Source: Balneolaceae bacterium (lineage in GTDB: Bacteria > Bacteroidota > Rhodothermia > Balneolales > Cyclonatronaceae). From it: DNA of 64,000 nucleotides. The translations under genes and the position numbers were made by a program. How positions within the stretch are numbered: position 1 is the stretch's first letter; every line of letters begins with the position of its first letter. The notes under the pieces are model-generated. The model worked only from the letters and a program-made list of their open reading frames with translations, searched no databases and was not told where the DNA came from. The DNA is taken from assembly GCA_007694035.1 (NCBI GenBank), contig RECM01000121.1:2649-66648 (forward strand). Reading direction: 5' to 3'. Positions 47,413-57,246 of this stretch are shown piece by piece.

Positions 47413-48567
47413 ATGTCCGAAAAGAAAAAAGAGGAATTATCTGATTATCGCCGCACCATTGACGAGCTTGATAAGCATATAATTGATAGCCTTGCGCAAC
47501 GTCATCGAATAGTCCGTGAAGTTTTTTCAGCAAAAATAACCGATACAGCACGAATAAGGGATCATGAAAGAGAAGAACAGCTGTTAAAAAGGGTCAGGGA
47601 AATGGCTGTTGAATCAGGGCTCGATCCCTATTTTGCCGAGCAACTTTTCCGGGATATTATCTACCAGTCGGTGCGTTATCAGAGCCACTCACTGCTCGAC
47701 CATCAGAACGACATGTTCGAGGAGCGGTCAATTACCGTTGCATATCAGGGTACAGATGGGGCATTCAGTCATCAGGCCGCAATGCGCCATTTTCATGAAC
47801 GATATGATGATATTCGCTGCACCGGATTTCGAACCTTTGAACAGGCTGCAACAGCTGTGGAAGAGGGCCATGCAAACGTGGCTATTCTGCCCATTGAAAA
47901 CACAACGGCCGGCTCAATAAATGATACCTACGATCTGCTCGGCGAAAAAAAGCTGCATATAATCGGTGAGGAAGTACTTCGGGTAGTTCACTGCCTGATG
48001 GCTCCCGAACAGGTTCAACTCGAAAATATCAGACGTGTTTTGTCGCACCCCCAGGCAATAGCCCAATGCAGCCGTTTCCTTGCGAAATTACCCCGATGTA
48101 AAATCGAATCATATGACGATACAGCCATGGCCGCCCAGAAAGTCCGCGACGAAGCCGACCTGTCTCAGGCTGCTATAGCCAGTGCCTATGCCGCTGAAAT
48201 ATATGGACTTGAAATACTCGTAAAAGACATTGCCAACCAATCAGAAAATTTTACGAGATTTGTTGTAGTGTCCCGTAATCCTGTGGAATGCGACCTCCAG
48301 TTACCCTGTAAGACATCTCTGATGCTGGCTACTGTTCATGAAAAAGGTGCCCTGTTCAAATGCCTGCAAGTACTCAATAAACATGGAATCAGCATGACCA
48401 AACTTGAATCCCGGCCCAGGCATGGCAAACCATGGCAGTATTTGTTCTACATGGATATTGAGGGTAACATTAAAGATCCGGCCGTAAAAAGGGCCATTAA
48501 AGAGCTGGAAGCCAGAGCAGCGTACATGAAAGTATTGGGATGTTATGCTGTTCAATCGCAGGATTGA
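47413..48567 (+). CDS. pheA: bifunctional chorismate mutase / prephenate dehydratase (P-protein)
   Basis: N-terminal CM helix bundle (RRTIDELDKHIIDSLAQR), the PDT domain (VAYQGTDGAFSH, TRF) and an ACT domain with LESRP. Confidence 0.92.
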   Translation: MSEKKKEELSDYRRTIDELDKHIIDSLAQRHRIVREVFSAKITDTARIRDHEREEQLLKRVREMAVESGLDPYFAEQLFRDIIYQSVRYQSHSLLDHQNDMFEERSITVAYQGTDGAFSHQAAMRHFHERYDDIRCTGFRTFEQAATAVEEGHANVAILPIENTTAGSINDTYDLLGEKKLHIIGEEVLRVVHCLMAPEQVQLENIRRVLSHPQAIAQCSRFLAKLPRCKIESYDDTAMAAQKVRDEADLSQAAIASAYAAEIYGLEILVKDIANQSENFTRFVVVSRNPVECDLQLPCKTSLMLATVHEKGALFKCLQVLNKHGISMTKLESRPRHGKPWQYLFYMDIEGNIKDPAVKRAIKELEARAAYMKVLGCYAVQSQD

Positions 48568-49161
48568 GCAATAAATTTAGATAATATTAAGGCTCAGCAA
48601 TTATACCGGCGTTTTTATCAGGTGTAAAAGATGGTACGATATCCCTGAATCCAACCACAGCAGGGGAGACTATTATTTTAAAATGATTGGGGGCTTAGGT
48701 ATCAGGTACAGTTATGACCGTACAGTCTGTTTGATCCTGTAGTACGGCAGCAGGTTACTGCATGTCCAATTTAAGCTTGTGGGCATTTGTGTAAAAAATT
48801 GCCGGGGAAAAGCATTTTTTGTTACCTCATATATGATCCGGATATAAGACCCGGGTTGGCCACTGCACAAAACGCAGCAAACCGGGAAACAAGAGAGAGA
48901 AATATTAGTAAAAATTAAGGTTAGACAGATACTTCATATATGCACGATTTGTGATTTTTTTAAATTTAATATTAACAGAAATATACGCAATGATTAGTTG
49001 CAGTAGTTTCAAAAAAGTATAATGATAGCAGGCTGCCAAAAAGGAACCGTTCCAAAGAAAACATCATCAGACTTCAAAATTTGCGGGCGGGAAATAGCTG
49101 AACAGAAATTTATTACTGTTAAAACGGGCTGGAGCTGCCCTGAAAATATCCTGATAAATCT

Positions 49162-50598
49162 TTGAAAAGTCAGTTTCACATATATCTTCTATTAGCCGCA
49201 TCGATACTGCTGACGGGATTTACAGCTGTGCTGATTTCAATGGGTGCAACCCGGAAAGCTGAAAACACCCAAAGTTTGATCCGTAGTTATGATGTGATTG
49301 AGTCTACTACACAATTATGGTCCAATCTTCAGGATGCTGAAACTGGTCAGAGAGGGTATATGCTCACCGGTAATAATGAATATCTCGAGCCATACAACAG
49401 TTCGCTATGGGAAATAGATCTGGAATTATCGCGTCTTAAGTCATTAACCGATGATAACCCGCTGCAACAGGGAATCATACAGAACAGGCTGGTTCCACTA
49501 ATCGGGAAAAAACGTACAGAACTTGAGCTGAGCATAACACAGTTTCAACGATCAGGTAGTGAAGCAGCACTTACCATTATGAAAACAGACCAGGGGAAGC
49601 TTACGATGGATACCCTACGTACGGTTATCCAAAATATAAAAGCACAAGAGGAACAGCTTCAAAAGGAGAGAACGAGTGAACTGGAGAAGGCATACTACAC
49701 CTACAATATGATATCCTTTGCCGGCTTATTTGTAATCGGATTCACCATGATGATCGCGGTGCTGACAATCCGGAAAAAAAGTAAAGAAAACAGGCATCTG
49801 ATGGCTCTTGAGGTAGAGAATAACAGGAAGTTGATCCGCCTCAATGAGAAAGAGGTCAAGTTGAGAATGGATATCAGCAAATTCATGGGCAATGCCGCCC
49901 ATGATTTACGCAGCCCGCTAAATGCCATAAACTCAATTAATGAGTTGATGAAGATGGATGCCTATCAATTGAGCGAAGAGCACAGAGAATTCCTGGATTT
50001 CATATCCGAGTCGACATCCCAGATGTCTGCACTTATCAACAATCTGCTCGAGGTGAATAAGTTTGAAGAAGGTTCATTAGCAGTAACACCTGAACACATC
50101 GATATACATGCGCTGCTGAAAACCCTCATTTTTGGTCATGAAACAGCGACAAGAAGGAAAAACATCAAAATTAAATCAGACAGCGATTTTGAAGGGCGTA
50201 CCGTTTATACCGACAAGGGGATCTTTGTGCAAATTGCTGATAATCTTATATCCAATGCGATTAAATACTCACCGCTGGGGAAGAAGGTCGAGATATACCT
50301 GAAAGAAGACATAACAGGGTTTCGACTTACAGTTACCGATCAGGGTGAAGGCATATCGGAAACGGATATGCCCCGGCTTTACAGAAGGTATCAGACATTA
50401 TCAACCAGGCCTACTGCCGGTGAGAAATCGACAGGGCTGGGGCTATCCATTGTGAAGGAACTGGTCGATTTAATCGGCGGAACGATTGATGTAAAAAGCG
50501 TACATGATATTGGTACAACGTTTTCGGTACTTTTCCCCAATATTCCGGTTACGGAAGATGAGACCTGCGGGATCAGGGAAATACAGGTTCAGAATTAG
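49162..50598 (+). CDS. CHASE3-domain sensor histidine kinase (no cognate response regulator adjacent)
   Basis: TM, then a CHASE3-like region (L..L.DAETGQRGY.LTG...YLEPY), a second TM, the H-box AAHDLRSPLNAI, the N-box LISNAIKYSP and G-boxes DQGEGI and GLGLSIV. Confidence 0.85.
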   Translation: MKSQFHIYLLLAASILLTGFTAVLISMGATRKAENTQSLIRSYDVIESTTQLWSNLQDAETGQRGYMLTGNNEYLEPYNSSLWEIDLELSRLKSLTDDNPLQQGIIQNRLVPLIGKKRTELELSITQFQRSGSEAALTIMKTDQGKLTMDTLRTVIQNIKAQEEQLQKERTSELEKAYYTYNMISFAGLFVIGFTMMIAVLTIRKKSKENRHLMALEVENNRKLIRLNEKEVKLRMDISKFMGNAAHDLRSPLNAINSINELMKMDAYQLSEEHREFLDFISESTSQMSALINNLLEVNKFEEGSLAVTPEHIDIHALLKTLIFGHETATRRKNIKIKSDSDFEGRTVYTDKGIFVQIADNLISNAIKYSPLGKKVEIYLKEDITGFRLTVTDQGEGISETDMPRLYRRYQTLSTRPTAGEKSTGLGLSIVKELVDLIGGTIDVKSVHDIGTTFSVLFPNIPVTEDETCGIREIQVQN

Positions 50599-50646
50599 CC
50601 TGCTTTCAATAAAAGACCATCAGGCTGGTAAAGTACGAAATCGAGA

Positions 50647-51297
50647 TTAGTTTGAGGCCCCATCTGCAGCTTCAGCTGCGATAAAATATTCATAAGGGAA
50701 GGTAACCGACCAGATGCCCCTGAGCTCATCCAGATCAAAACCGATAGCTTCATCTTCAGGGTAGTATTGTTGAATAACCGCTAAATCACCTTCACGTATA
50801 TCATCTTCCTTGTTTCCATGGCAGCTAAGGCAGGTAAAGGTAACAAGGCGTAAAGGGGCGTGGAAAATTACATTATTTTCCTGAAACGCAAGCCTTGGTT
50901 TCAGTTCCGCACCGTCACTGATCAACTGCATATATGCTTCAATACTGGCCATTTCCATATCGTTAGCACGGTTTTTTGGATTTCTTGGCTTGTGGGTTGC
51001 CCTTCTCACTTCAACATTGTACTGATTGGATACCGAGTCTGTAAGAATAATAGCTACTGTATTACAGTATTCGATGGCATGGGGTATACCACCCCTGGTC
51101 ATTGCGGTACCAAGGGCATTGCTGATTGCAGCGAAAGCATCGGTAACGATTTCTTTACCGGCTTGTATTACAAGGGTTGAATCAGGGCGGGGCGAAGTGT
51201 CTTTAGAGCGTGATTCGTCATTTTGGGCACATGCCGTAAATAGTAGCAGAAACGCAATAAGCAATGGTACTGAAGATTTTAAAAGAAGGGTTTTCAT
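50647..51297 (-). CDS. DUF3365-type haem-binding (CxxCH) secreted protein or lipoprotein
   Basis: I chose the start MKTLLLKSSVPLLIAFLLLFTACAQ. The C-terminal part has CLSCHG and WSVTFP, typical of the DUF3365/Tll0287-like sensor domain. Confidence 0.7.
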   Translation of the reverse strand: MKTLLLKSSVPLLIAFLLLFTACAQNDESRSKDTSPRPDSTLVIQAGKEIVTDAFAAISNALGTAMTRGGIPHAIEYCNTVAIILTDSVSNQYNVEVRRATHKPRNPKNRANDMEMASIEAYMQLISDGAELKPRLAFQENNVIFHAPLRLVTFTCLSCHGNKEDDIREGDLAVIQQYYPEDEAIGFDLDELRGIWSVTFPYEYFIAAEAADGASN

Positions 51298-51458
51298 GAC
51301 GATGCACATTAAATTTTCTGTTTGCTCACATACACATAACCAGTGATTAAGTTAATGATTGAAATGATATTTCCAATAATAATTCGGTCTGTTATCGCCC
51401 GGTTTCCAAACAGGCTGTTAATATTCTGAAGTCTATGCAGAACGACCATTGCACATGT

Positions 51459-51474
51459 TGGCAAGGTATTTGCA
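51459..51474 (+). promoter_or_regulatory. sigma-54-like -24/-12 element (tentative)
   Basis: TGGCAAGGTATTTGCA fits the TGGCA-N6-TTGCA spacing of the RpoN consensus TGGCACG-N4-TTGCW. It lies 78 nt upstream of the cbpA ATG. One chance match elsewhere in the window lowers confidence. Confidence 0.3.
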
Positions 51475-51551
51475 CTATAATAAAAGTGAGCAGCTTATTG
51501 GTTGTTAAGTGAATACTATGTCAAAATTGCAGTAAATGGCTGACAAGATGC

Positions 51552-52523
51552 ATGGAATACAAAGATTACTATAAAATACTCGGTGTTTCCCGCGATTCTA
51601 CCGCTGCCGACATCAAAAAAGCGTACCGTAAGATGGCCGCTAAACACCATCCTGATGCCAATCCGGATGATGATATTGCTGCGAAAAAATTCAAGGACGT
51701 AAGTGAGGCCTATGAGGTATTGCGTGATCCGGAAAAGAAAAAAATATATGACCGCGTTGGCAGCGACTGGAAACGTTATCATCGCCAGGGAGGTGCCGCC
51801 GATGACTTTAACTGGTCGCAGTACAGGCAGCAGGGCGCGCCAGGGGGATTCACCTACGAATATTCCGGTAATATCGATGATCTGTTTGGCGGTGGCGGCG
51901 GTTCACCATTTTCCGATTTTTTTGAAAGTCTGTTCGGTGGGGGCGGTGGCGGCGGATTCTCTGCAAGAAAGCAGACTGCTCAGCAGAATACTTTCAGCCG
52001 GGAGAATCTGGATGTTCAGGCAACCATGGAGGTTACCCTTGAGGATATAGCCAACGGAGCAGAAAAAACCTTTGTACTGAACAACAATCGATTGAGGGTT
52101 AAAATACCGCGTGGAATTCGAAGCGGACAAAAGCTGAAGCTGGCCGGCCGGGGTAATAAAAGCAACCGGAGCCAGGCAACCGGTGACTTGTATATAGAAA
52201 TCCGTGAAAAGCCACATCCGGCATGGAGCCGCTCGGGAGACGACCTGATAATTGAAAAGAATGCAGACCTGTATACGATGCTGCTGGGTGGAAGGTTAGA
52301 TGTACGTACACCCCGTGGAACAGTAAAAGTTACCGTGCCGGAATCGACCCAGCCGGGTCAATCACTCAGGCTGAAAGGGCAGGGCTTTCCGGTTTTCAAA
52401 AACGATAGCCGGTATGGCGATATGATCCTGAAATTGAACTGCCGTTTACCTGAAAAACTGTCGGCCCCGGAAAAAGAATTATTTGAAAAATTAAAAGAGA
52501 TGAGAATGGAGTTACATAAATGA
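51552..52523 (+). CDS. cbpA: J-domain co-chaperone, CbpA-type (no zinc-finger domain)
   Basis: J domain [31 protein letters not shown], a G/F-rich linker and DnaJ C-terminal domains. No CxxCxGxG repeats. Confidence 0.85.
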   Translation: MEYKDYYKILGVSRDSTAADIKKAYRKMAAKHHPDANPDDDIAAKKFKDVSEAYEVLRDPEKKKIYDRVGSDWKRYHRQGGAADDFNWSQYRQQGAPGGFTYEYSGNIDDLFGGGGGSPFSDFFESLFGGGGGGGFSARKQTAQQNTFSRENLDVQATMEVTLEDIANGAEKTFVLNNNRLRVKIPRGIRSGQKLKLAGRGNKSNRSQATGDLYIEIREKPHPAWSRSGDDLIIEKNADLYTMLLGGRLDVRTPRGTVKVTVPESTQPGQSLRLKGQGFPVFKNDSRYGDMILKLNCRLPEKLSAPEKELFEKLKEMRMELHK

Positions 52524-55153
52524 ACCTGAATAAATTTACAATAAAAGCACAGGAATCGGTTCAATCTGCACTCGAGATGGCTGCCAACAACAATCATCAG
52601 GCGCTTGAACCAGCCCACCTTCTTAAGGTGATGATCACCGATCCTGACAGTATTGTTTCAACCATTATCAAAAAGCTTGGTTCGAATATCGGTGCGATAG
52701 GGAAAAAGCTTGATCAGACGATTGCAACATATCCGGTAGTGAAGGGAGCTACGGTATCGGGGCAGTACCTGTCTAACGATTCGAAAAGTGTATTTGATGC
52801 GGCATCCAAAATCAGTGCCGAACTGGGAGATGAATACGTCTCATCGGAACACCTCCTTATTGGCCTCACGGTATCTGAAAGTTCTGTTAAAAAGGTGCTG
52901 CTGGAGGAGGGTGTAACCAAAGAAAACATCCTCAAAATCCTTAAAGATATCCGGGGATCGCACAAGGTTGATGACCAGCATGCAGAAAGCAGGTACCAGG
53001 CGCTAAAAAGATATGCGCGCGACCTGAACGAGGCTGCCGAAAAAAACAAACTGGATCCGGTAATCGGCCGGGATCATGAGATCAGGCGCGTGATGCAGAT
53101 TCTGAACCGCCGCACGAAAAACAATCCGGTGCTAATCGGTGAGCCGGGCGTGGGCAAAACGGCCATTGCAGAGGGGCTTGCACTGCGCATTGTAAAAGGG
53201 GATGTACCCGAAGGTTTGCGATCGAAGCGTATTGTGGCCCTCGACCTCGGTGCCCTGGTAGCCGGGGCCAAGTACCGGGGTGAGTTTGAAGATCGTCTGA
53301 AGGCGGTAATCAAGGAGGTAACGGATGCCGACGGAGAGATCATTATGTTTATCGACGAGATCCACACACTGGTTGGCGCAGGTGCCTCAGAGGGGGCTAT
53401 GGATGCGGCCAACATACTCAAGCCAAGCCTGGCCCGGGGTGAACTGCGGGCCATCGGTGCCACTACACTCACGGAATACCGCAAATTTATCGAAAAGGAT
53501 AAAGCCCTGGAGCGCAGGCTGCAGACGGTTTTTGTGGGAGAGCCATCGGTAGAGGATACGATTTCAATACTGCGCGGACTCAAAGAGCGCTACGAATTGC
53601 ACCATGGTGTGCAGATTACCGATTCTGCCATCGTGTCGGCCGCCGAACTTTCCCATCGCTATATAACCGACCGGTTCCTGCCAGACAAGGCCATCGATCT
53701 TATTGATGAGTCAGCATCGCGGCTCCGTATTGAAATTGACTCATTGCCCGAAGAGCTCGACAACATAGAGCGGCAGATCCGGCAACTTGAAATTGAGCGG
53801 GAGGCGCTTAAACGTGAAAAAGCCAAAGACAAAATTGATCAGATCAGCAAAGATCTGGCCGATCTCAACGAGAAATCAAACAAGTTAAAAGCGCACTGGA
53901 CAAACGAACGAGATCTCATCAAAAAAACCAGGGACCTGAAACAGGCCATTGAAACGGCGCGTGTTCGTGCCGAAAAGGCGGAGAGGGATGGCGACTATGA
54001 AAAAGTAGCAGAACTTCGGTACGGAACCATCAACAATCTGGAAAATGAACTCAGGGAGACAAGTGACAAACTGGCTGACTTTCAGAAAGATCATGCCATG
54101 CTCAAAGAGGTGGTGGATGCCGAAGACATAGCCGAGATCGTTTCCCGCTGGACAGGTATTCCGGTAAGTAAAATGCTGCAAAGCGAGCGAAAGAAACTGC
54201 TTCATCTTGAAGATGAACTGCACAAAAGTGTGGTAGGGCAGCATAATGCTATCGAAAGTGTATCTAATGCTGTAAGGCGTTCAAGGGCCGGCCTGCAGGA
54301 TGAGGCGAGGCCTATCGGATCATTTATCTTTCTTGGCTCAACCGGTGTGGGCAAAACGGAACTGGCAAGGGCTCTTGCGGCCTATCTGTTCGACGATGAA
54401 AATGCCATGGTGCGTATCGACATGAGCGAATACATGGAGAGGCACAGCGTAAGCCGGCTGGTAGGGGCGCCACCGGGCTATGTGGGCTATGATGAGGGCG
54501 GGCAGTTGACCGAAGCGGTTCGCCGCAGGCCATATTCGGTAGTACTGCTGGATGAAATCGAAAAAGCACACCCGGATGTATTCAATATACTTCTGCAGAT
54601 GCTCGACGACGGCCGCCTGACCGACAATAAAGGTGTTACTGTGAATTTCCGGAATACCATCATAATTATGACCAGTAATATAGGGTCACACCTTATCCAG
54701 AAGAAGATTGAAGAAACCTCGGGCAAGTTGTCGCCGGAAGAGTATGATTCACTTCAAAACACACTAATCGACCTGCTGAAACAGACCATCCGGCCTGAGT
54801 TCCTGAACCGGATCGACGACATAATAGTATTCCACCCGCTGAGTTCAGAAGATCTTCGGAACGTGGTTGATATTCAGTTGGTACGCCTGCACAAAATGCT
54901 GGAGAGGAAAGCCATCCGGCTTACTGTACCCGACAGTGTGAAAGACTGGCTGACTCGAAGGGGGTACGATCCGGTGTACGGTGCCAGGCCACTGAAGCGC
55001 CTGATCCAGAAAGAAGTCATCAATCCGCTTGCAACAATGCTGATCAGCCGCGAGGTGGACGAGCCGGTTGAATTTGAGGCCGCAATCGACAAAAAAGATG
55101 ATGGAATCACTTTTGTCGAAGTTGTACACAACGTTGAAAACTGGGCCGGATAA
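52520..55153 (+). CDS. clpB: ATP-dependent chaperone ClpB
   Basis: 877 aa with a Clp N-domain, Walker A motifs GEPGVGKT and GSTGVGKT, and a long coiled-coil middle domain. ATGA overlap with cbpA. Confidence 0.97.
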   Translation: MNLNKFTIKAQESVQSALEMAANNNHQALEPAHLLKVMITDPDSIVSTIIKKLGSNIGAIGKKLDQTIATYPVVKGATVSGQYLSNDSKSVFDAASKISAELGDEYVSSEHLLIGLTVSESSVKKVLLEEGVTKENILKILKDIRGSHKVDDQHAESRYQALKRYARDLNEAAEKNKLDPVIGRDHEIRRVMQILNRRTKNNPVLIGEPGVGKTAIAEGLALRIVKGDVPEGLRSKRIVALDLGALVAGAKYRGEFEDRLKAVIKEVTDADGEIIMFIDEIHTLVGAGASEGAMDAANILKPSLARGELRAIGATTLTEYRKFIEKDKALERRLQTVFVGEPSVEDTISILRGLKERYELHHGVQITDSAIVSAAELSHRYITDRFLPDKAIDLIDESASRLRIEIDSLPEELDNIERQIRQLEIEREALKREKAKDKIDQISKDLADLNEKSNKLKAHWTNERDLIKKTRDLKQAIETARVRAEKAERDGDYEKVAELRYGTINNLENELRETSDKLADFQKDHAMLKEVVDAEDIAEIVSRWTGIPVSKMLQSERKKLLHLEDELHKSVVGQHNAIESVSNAVRRSRAGLQDEARPIGSFIFLGSTGVGKTELARALAAYLFDDENAMVRIDMSEYMERHSVSRLVGAPPGYVGYDEGGQLTEAVRRRPYSVVLLDEIEKAHPDVFNILLQMLDDGRLTDNKGVTVNFRNTIIIMTSNIGSHLIQKKIEETSGKLSPEEYDSLQNTLIDLLKQTIRPEFLNRIDDIIVFHPLSSEDLRNVVDIQLVRLHKMLERKAIRLTVPDSVKDWLTRRGYDPVYGARPLKRLIQKEVINPLATMLISREVDEPVEFEAAIDKKDDGITFVEVVHNVENWAG

Positions 55154-55167
55154 GCCGGCCCGGTTTT
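55143..55167 (+). terminator. probable intrinsic terminator spanning the clpB stop
   Basis: GGGCCGG (55143-55149) pairs with CCGGCCC (55155-55161), followed by GGTTTT. The T-tract is short. Confidence 0.5.
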
Positions 55168-55303
55168 GATAGTTCAGGTTTCCGTATATCTGGTACCCCA
55201 ACGCGGGTAATGCTCGCCTGATTCTAAAAAAACCGGTAATAACACGAGGGTACACCAAAAATGTACTACCGGCTGCCTGTTCAAAGAAATTCAGTACGGG
55301 AGA

Positions 55304-55873
55304 TCAGAATCTGATCTGTACACCGAATACCCAGGTACCATGGCTGGAAGGGCCCAGGTTGTCTTTGGTAATGCCTGCATACCTGTACTCAATGAACGGC
55401 CTGAGCAGGGGAACCGGAGTTATGGCTGCCCCGATAACACCATAATATTTTGCTGCATTTTCTTCCCCGTCTAATTCAACGTCGAATTCATCGGCAATCT
55501 GCTCGAAAACGGTTTCTCTGGAGAAATTCTGCCAGCCAATACCCAGACCGACATAGGGTGACAACAGGCCAAGACCAACTGACGCGATAGCAGTTCCCCC
55601 GATTTCGTTGGATGTAAAGTCGCGTGTATATCTGACATTATTCACTGACAGGCTGTTTTCTTCGCTGTAGTAGCTGTAGTGCAGCCTGGCCGACAGGGAG
55701 ACCAGCGGCAGGTTAATAAGAGAAAACTGAGCGTGTACCCCAAAACCGTTGGTTGGTTTCTCGTTACGGATTTCGTAGGTGACACCGAGACCGATTTGAG
55801 AATAAGCGGAATGAGACGTTACAGCAACCAGTATGAGGATAAACGATGAAGTTGTTATGATCTTTTTTAACAT
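55304..55873 (-). CDS. small outer-membrane beta-barrel protein (OmpA-TM/porin-like)
   Basis: I chose the start MLKKIITTSSFILILVAVTSHSAYSQ. Alternating hydrophobic strands and a terminal ...GVQIRF. Confidence 0.65.
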   Translation of the reverse strand: MLKKIITTSSFILILVAVTSHSAYSQIGLGVTYEIRNEKPTNGFGVHAQFSLINLPLVSLSARLHYSYYSEENSLSVNNVRYTRDFTSNEIGGTAIASVGLGLLSPYVGLGIGWQNFSRETVFEQIADEFDVELDGEENAAKYYGVIGAAITPVPLLRPFIEYRYAGITKDNLGPSSHGTWVFGVQIRF

Positions 55874-56231
55874 GGCCGGCAAATTGATTAATGATTTTGG
55901 TTCATTTAATATATGAAACATTTCTAATGGTAATAACTTCTCAACCCGGCCGGTTGTTACAATTTCATTTCCATAATCTGGCTTGAGCCGTGAATTTAAT
56001 CAAATCGAACTATTGGTAATTCACATGTTTCGAATATAATTGTTGATTAAGAATGGAAATCGCAGCAGTGTTCAAAAATCATATAATACGGGGTTCAATG
56101 GCGTTATAAATTTGTTTAACTTTCAAGCCGTTTTTCAGGTTATCTTTTCAGACGTTTATCTTAGCAAATTGAAATAGCCTGATTAATACAAACCGGGTGT
56201 AGCCTGTTCTCAAATTGCCCGGGCACGTTTT

Positions 56232-56316
56232 GCCGACGTGGTGGAATGGTAGACACGACAGACTTAAAATCTGTTGGGCCTTATAGCCCGTGCCGGTTCG
56301 AGTCCGGCCGTCGGTA
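56232..56316 (+). tRNA. tRNA-Leu (anticodon UAA)
   Basis: Hand-folded cloverleaf. Acceptor GCCGACG/CGTCGGT, anticodon stem ACAGA/TCTGT with loop CTTAAAA, a long variable arm GGGCCTTATAGCCCG and T-arm GCCGG-TTCGAGT-CCGGC. CCA is not encoded. Confidence 0.93.
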
Positions 56317-56324
56317 CTGCACAG

Positions 56325-56367
56325 CCACGAGCAGCATTTTTCCGGATGCTTTTCGTGGTTTTTTTTT
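56325..56367 (+). terminator. rho-independent terminator after tRNA-Leu
   Basis: CCACGA (56325-56330) pairs with TCGTGG (56353-56358), with an internal AGCAT/ATGCT pairing, followed by a 9-T run. Confidence 0.65.
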
Positions 56368-56434
56368 GCATCAGGCATATCTGCCTGAGCAATTCTGTTA
56401 AAACCATTCTTTACCTGACAGATGCAGGAAATAG

Positions 56435-56839
56435 TTAACGGCTGACTGTCCATTGCCCGTTTTTCAGTGTCTCAAATGTTTTCATGTCCCCCATTCGCCA
56501 GGTTCCGGATATTGTTCTGCCGGTGTAAAGCCCGGTAAACCTGTGATCAGTATCATCTTCAGTATTACGCCAGAAAAAGAAGACATCGTCTCTGAGAATG
56601 CTGCCGGTGAACTCGTAACGGCTACCGAGACTTGTGGTTAAAGAACCGCTAAGCCGTTCTTTATCCTGATCGAATGTAATGATTATGGTAGTGGATCCGT
56701 CGCCAATATCAACGAAATTGGTGGCATTACCTGTCCATCGGCCGGAAATGTCGATTGTTGTTCCGAGAGGCTGATCGCACGAAATGAGAATTATGAGAAG
56801 GGAGATAAGCACCAGGTGCCTGATCATTCGGGGAATCAT
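56435..56839 (-). CDS. small lipoprotein, unknown function
   Basis: 134 aa, lipobox LISC, beta-rich sequence. ATGA overlap with the upstream gene. Confidence 0.55.
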   Translation of the reverse strand: MIPRMIRHLVLISLLIILISCDQPLGTTIDISGRWTGNATNFVDIGDGSTTIIITFDQDKERLSGSLTTSLGSRYEFTGSILRDDVFFFWRNTEDDTDHRFTGLYTGRTISGTWRMGDMKTFETLKNGQWTVSR

Positions 56840-57243
56840 TCATCATCTCCGGCCATATTCCAGATATTGCCACAACTATTGCAGCGATACCGGGAATCAG
56901 CTGTTGAAAACAGGGTTTGGGCTCCAAACAGTACGAAGCTCAGAACGAGAATAACAGAGTTATAGCGCTTGGGCAGTACATCATCCGATTTACATATCGG
57001 ACATTCGGGGAATATGGAAACGCCGGCCTCTTTTTCATCAAATCCGTTCAGGATATTGTATGCCTCCCGGGCGTGCAATTCGGAGACCTGCAATTTAATG
57101 CCGCCAACAGCATTTGAATAGAACAGGTTCATGCCGACCATATTCTGATCCTGTATTACACAGGGTATGTCATGGTCGAGCAGCCGGGCTTTGGCAAGAT
57201 CGGCCAGATAGATCTGGTTATATGTTGCTACAGTTACTAACAA
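56836..57243 (-). CDS. DUF2007-like domain protein with TM segment flanked by CxxC pairs
   Basis: 135 aa, TTG start 3 nt after the carboxyltransferase stop. The N-terminal region YLADLAKARLLDHDIPCVIQD resembles DUF2007. The C-terminus reads CPICK-(TM: SVILVLSFVLFGAQTLF)-CNSCG. Confidence 0.55.
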   Translation of the reverse strand: MLVTVATYNQIYLADLAKARLLDHDIPCVIQDQNMVGMNLFYSNAVGGIKLQVSELHAREAYNILNGFDEKEAGVSIFPECPICKSDDVLPKRYNSVILVLSFVLFGAQTLFSTADSRYRCNSCGNIWNMAGDDE

Positions 57244-57246
57244 TTG

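Noticed and set aside
56148-56453. 101-aa minus-strand ORF from the track.
   Set aside because: It lies directly across tRNA-Leu and its terminator. It has no coding features and is spurious.
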